NCBI GenBank assembly: GCA_030704615.1
Contig: CM060732.1
Coordinates: forward strand, 50,158,001 to 50,222,000
Length of the DNA stretch: 64,000 nucleotides
Origin: Takakia lepidozioides
Lineage: Eukaryota > Plantae > Bryophyta
Reading direction: 5' to 3'
Shown here: positions 62,285 through 64,000 of the stretch, one piece after another
Position numbering within the stretch: position 1 is the first letter of the stretch
Layout of the letters: each line of letters begins with the position of its first letter
Made by a program: the position numbers and the translations under genes
The notes under the pieces: generated by a model
What the model was told of the DNA's origin: nothing
The model's input: only the letters and a program-made list of their open reading frames with translations
Database searches by the model: none

Positions 62285-62954
62285 AGTTTGCGTGCCTGTG
62301 GTGTACCTCGTCATCCCTGGTAGGCTATCAATCAATTCAGAATGGATGGGCTGTTTTATGAAGAGCTAGCTAGTTGGGGTTGACACAAGCTCAGTGAGAC
62401 TGTCAACTAACACTTCCATCCTCCTGAGGCTGCGGTTGTTATGGAGGGTGGGGGGCTCATGGCGGCAATATGTGGTGGGGGTGTATGGGAAAGTGGGGAT
62501 GCAAGGACGGTTTTGGAGATGAAAGGCAGTTGAGAAGCAGGACGAACCAGCTGAAGAGAGATTGTATAAAAAGAAACAAGAACGCCTGACATGTATAGTA
62601 GACAAACATTCTTCTTTATTCGTTGATAGCAAACAATTGATTTGAGAGAGCTAATTCATCAGCACTTGTCACATGATGTTTATGAGCTTACTGCAGTAAT
62701 CCATCTGCACTCCATATGCAAGGAGAGCTTTGTTTTGTAGTCCTAGTGAGTGACAGTGATGCCAAGATCAGCGGTAACAATCAACCATAATACCCCTCAT
62801 CTCTTATGTAAAACAGAATTCTTCCAGCAGGCACCATAGTTTGTTTTTGGGTGCTTTTGCTTTTTGGCAGTTTTGAGGTACTCTTGACTTTGTGCTGTTA
62901 GACTGCAAAGATCAAAGCAAATTGAAGTGTACGAATGAAGGAAGTCCTGGGTCT

Positions 62955-63575
62955 CTATGCCTTCTGGTTGTGTGAAGAGTTCTCCAATTCCTTCTTGTTC
63001 AGCTCTAACCCTGAGAAGGGAACCTGAAATGATCCAACTGCCTTGCATGTCTGTTTGCACCTACCAAATGTAGTCTGATGCACATAACTTACAAACTAAC
63101 AATGTCAACATATAACCCAGGTACCCACTGGCCTTCGTTTTAAAGTGTGCTGAGTGGGGTGAAACTCAAGGTCTAGTTGGCTCAGAAGGTAGTACCTAGA
63201 TCCGTATGAATCAATTTGAAGTTTTTCTACCAACCTGGATGCTTTCTTCTGTGCAGAGAAACCTTTGCAGTTGCATTCCGGACAGTTTCTCCTCTCCTCC
63301 TCCTTCGCTTCACCGCAAGCGAGCTCCCCGCTTTGCACCGCGCTCGAGCCCTGGAATCTTCCATTTTGTCTATAGATCTTGCAATTAGCATCGGTCCAGT
63401 CCGTTCTAATTCTTTTGTGTGCCGTGTCGACGCTGATAATTCTAGTGCTAAACTGATCTCTCTGGTATTGGTGATGATGATTGCTGTAGAGCCTAGAGAT
63501 TTCAGTGCTGAAGACGGCTTAGAAGGAGTGGCTATAGACTGCAGAATACCGAGACGGGGACTGATTTAGACTCAT
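62955..63575 (-). pseudogene. Candidate small two-exon gene or pseudogene with degenerate CxxCxGxG (DnaJ-type zinc-finger-like) motifs
   Basis: ATG 63575, Ser-rich N-terminus, one in-frame TAA (63519-63521), then ...EEERRNCPECNCKG...YGSR, a GT-AG intron (63195-63061), and CKQTCKAVG...QKA* ending at 62955. An alternative splice gives a different 121-aa ORF. Confidence 0.3.
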
Positions 63576-63649
63576 GCTGTTCTCGTCTCTCCCGCTCCGT
63601 TTTTCTCGTTGGAGTTCAAAAGTAAACTTTTCTTACGTTTCACACGTGT

Positions 63650-63900
63650 GGTAAATAGATTTTTGCTTATCCTCCAGGTAAGGGTAAATAAAAATCAGAG
63701 GATTATTTATCCTCCGGGTAAGGATAAATTATTTATATGTCCCTTTATTTATCCTCCAAGTAAGGGTAAATTATTTATATGTCCATTTGTTTATCCTACT
63801 GGTAAAGGGTAAAGGCCAATATTTTTGACCGGATACCGGGTAAGGATAAATGATTTACCCTTTATATACCCACCAGGTAAATAAAGGATATATAGAAAGA
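63650..63900. repeat. AT-rich array of about 38-bp subrepeats (tttatcctcc..gtaagg(g/a)taaa), likely the subterminal region of a DNA transposon/MITE
   Basis: ttatttatcctccgggtaaggataaattatttatatgtcc / ttatttatcctccaagtaagggtaaattatttatatgtcc, plus further partial copies. Confidence 0.6.
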
Positions 63901-64000
63901 TATATAAATTTTTGGTTTGTTATGCTCAACTCAAAAAATATAACTAATTAAATTAAGGCAATCAATTTTTGTTCTAGTTTTTGGTTTAGTATGAGGCTGA

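Overview
Eukaryotic nuclear DNA with spliceosomal introns, from a land plant that is most likely non-seed and moss/bryophyte-like (inferred from the moss-type TIR sequence IFLSHSGAQK and the CSLD, F-box and L1 sequence style). Genes that appear intact, with exon phases checked by hand: CBP60 calmodulin-binding transcription factor (-, 362-6713), complex I subunit NDUFA6/B14 (-, 10755-11286), TIR-NB-ARC-LRR immune receptor (+, 34035-38289), F-box/Kelch-like gene (+, 39545-40804, with terminal frameshifts), BRO1-domain gene (-, 42542-48956), intronless RABC/Rab18 (-, 52750-53379) and cellulose synthase-like D (+, 57390-62284). The 11.4-29.3 kb block is a mosaic of decayed sequence: a WDR7-like fragment, a BIO3-BIO1 pseudogene, a degenerate L1 LINE, an LTR-like segment and PPR remnants. 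The most interesting observation is an exon missing from the ORF track that puts a hydrophobic signal-anchor-like segment in frame in front of the TIR domain, giving a candidate membrane-anchored TIR-NLR with variant NB-ARC motifs. Other notable items: a TTAA-flanked piggyBac-like MITE, two GC-AG introns sharing the AAG|GCATG donor, a very short hairpin plus (CATTT)n retroposon family, a 230-nt multi-hairpin island and a perfect 131-bp duplication in the CSLD leader. No database searches were run; homology calls rest on recalled family motifs.
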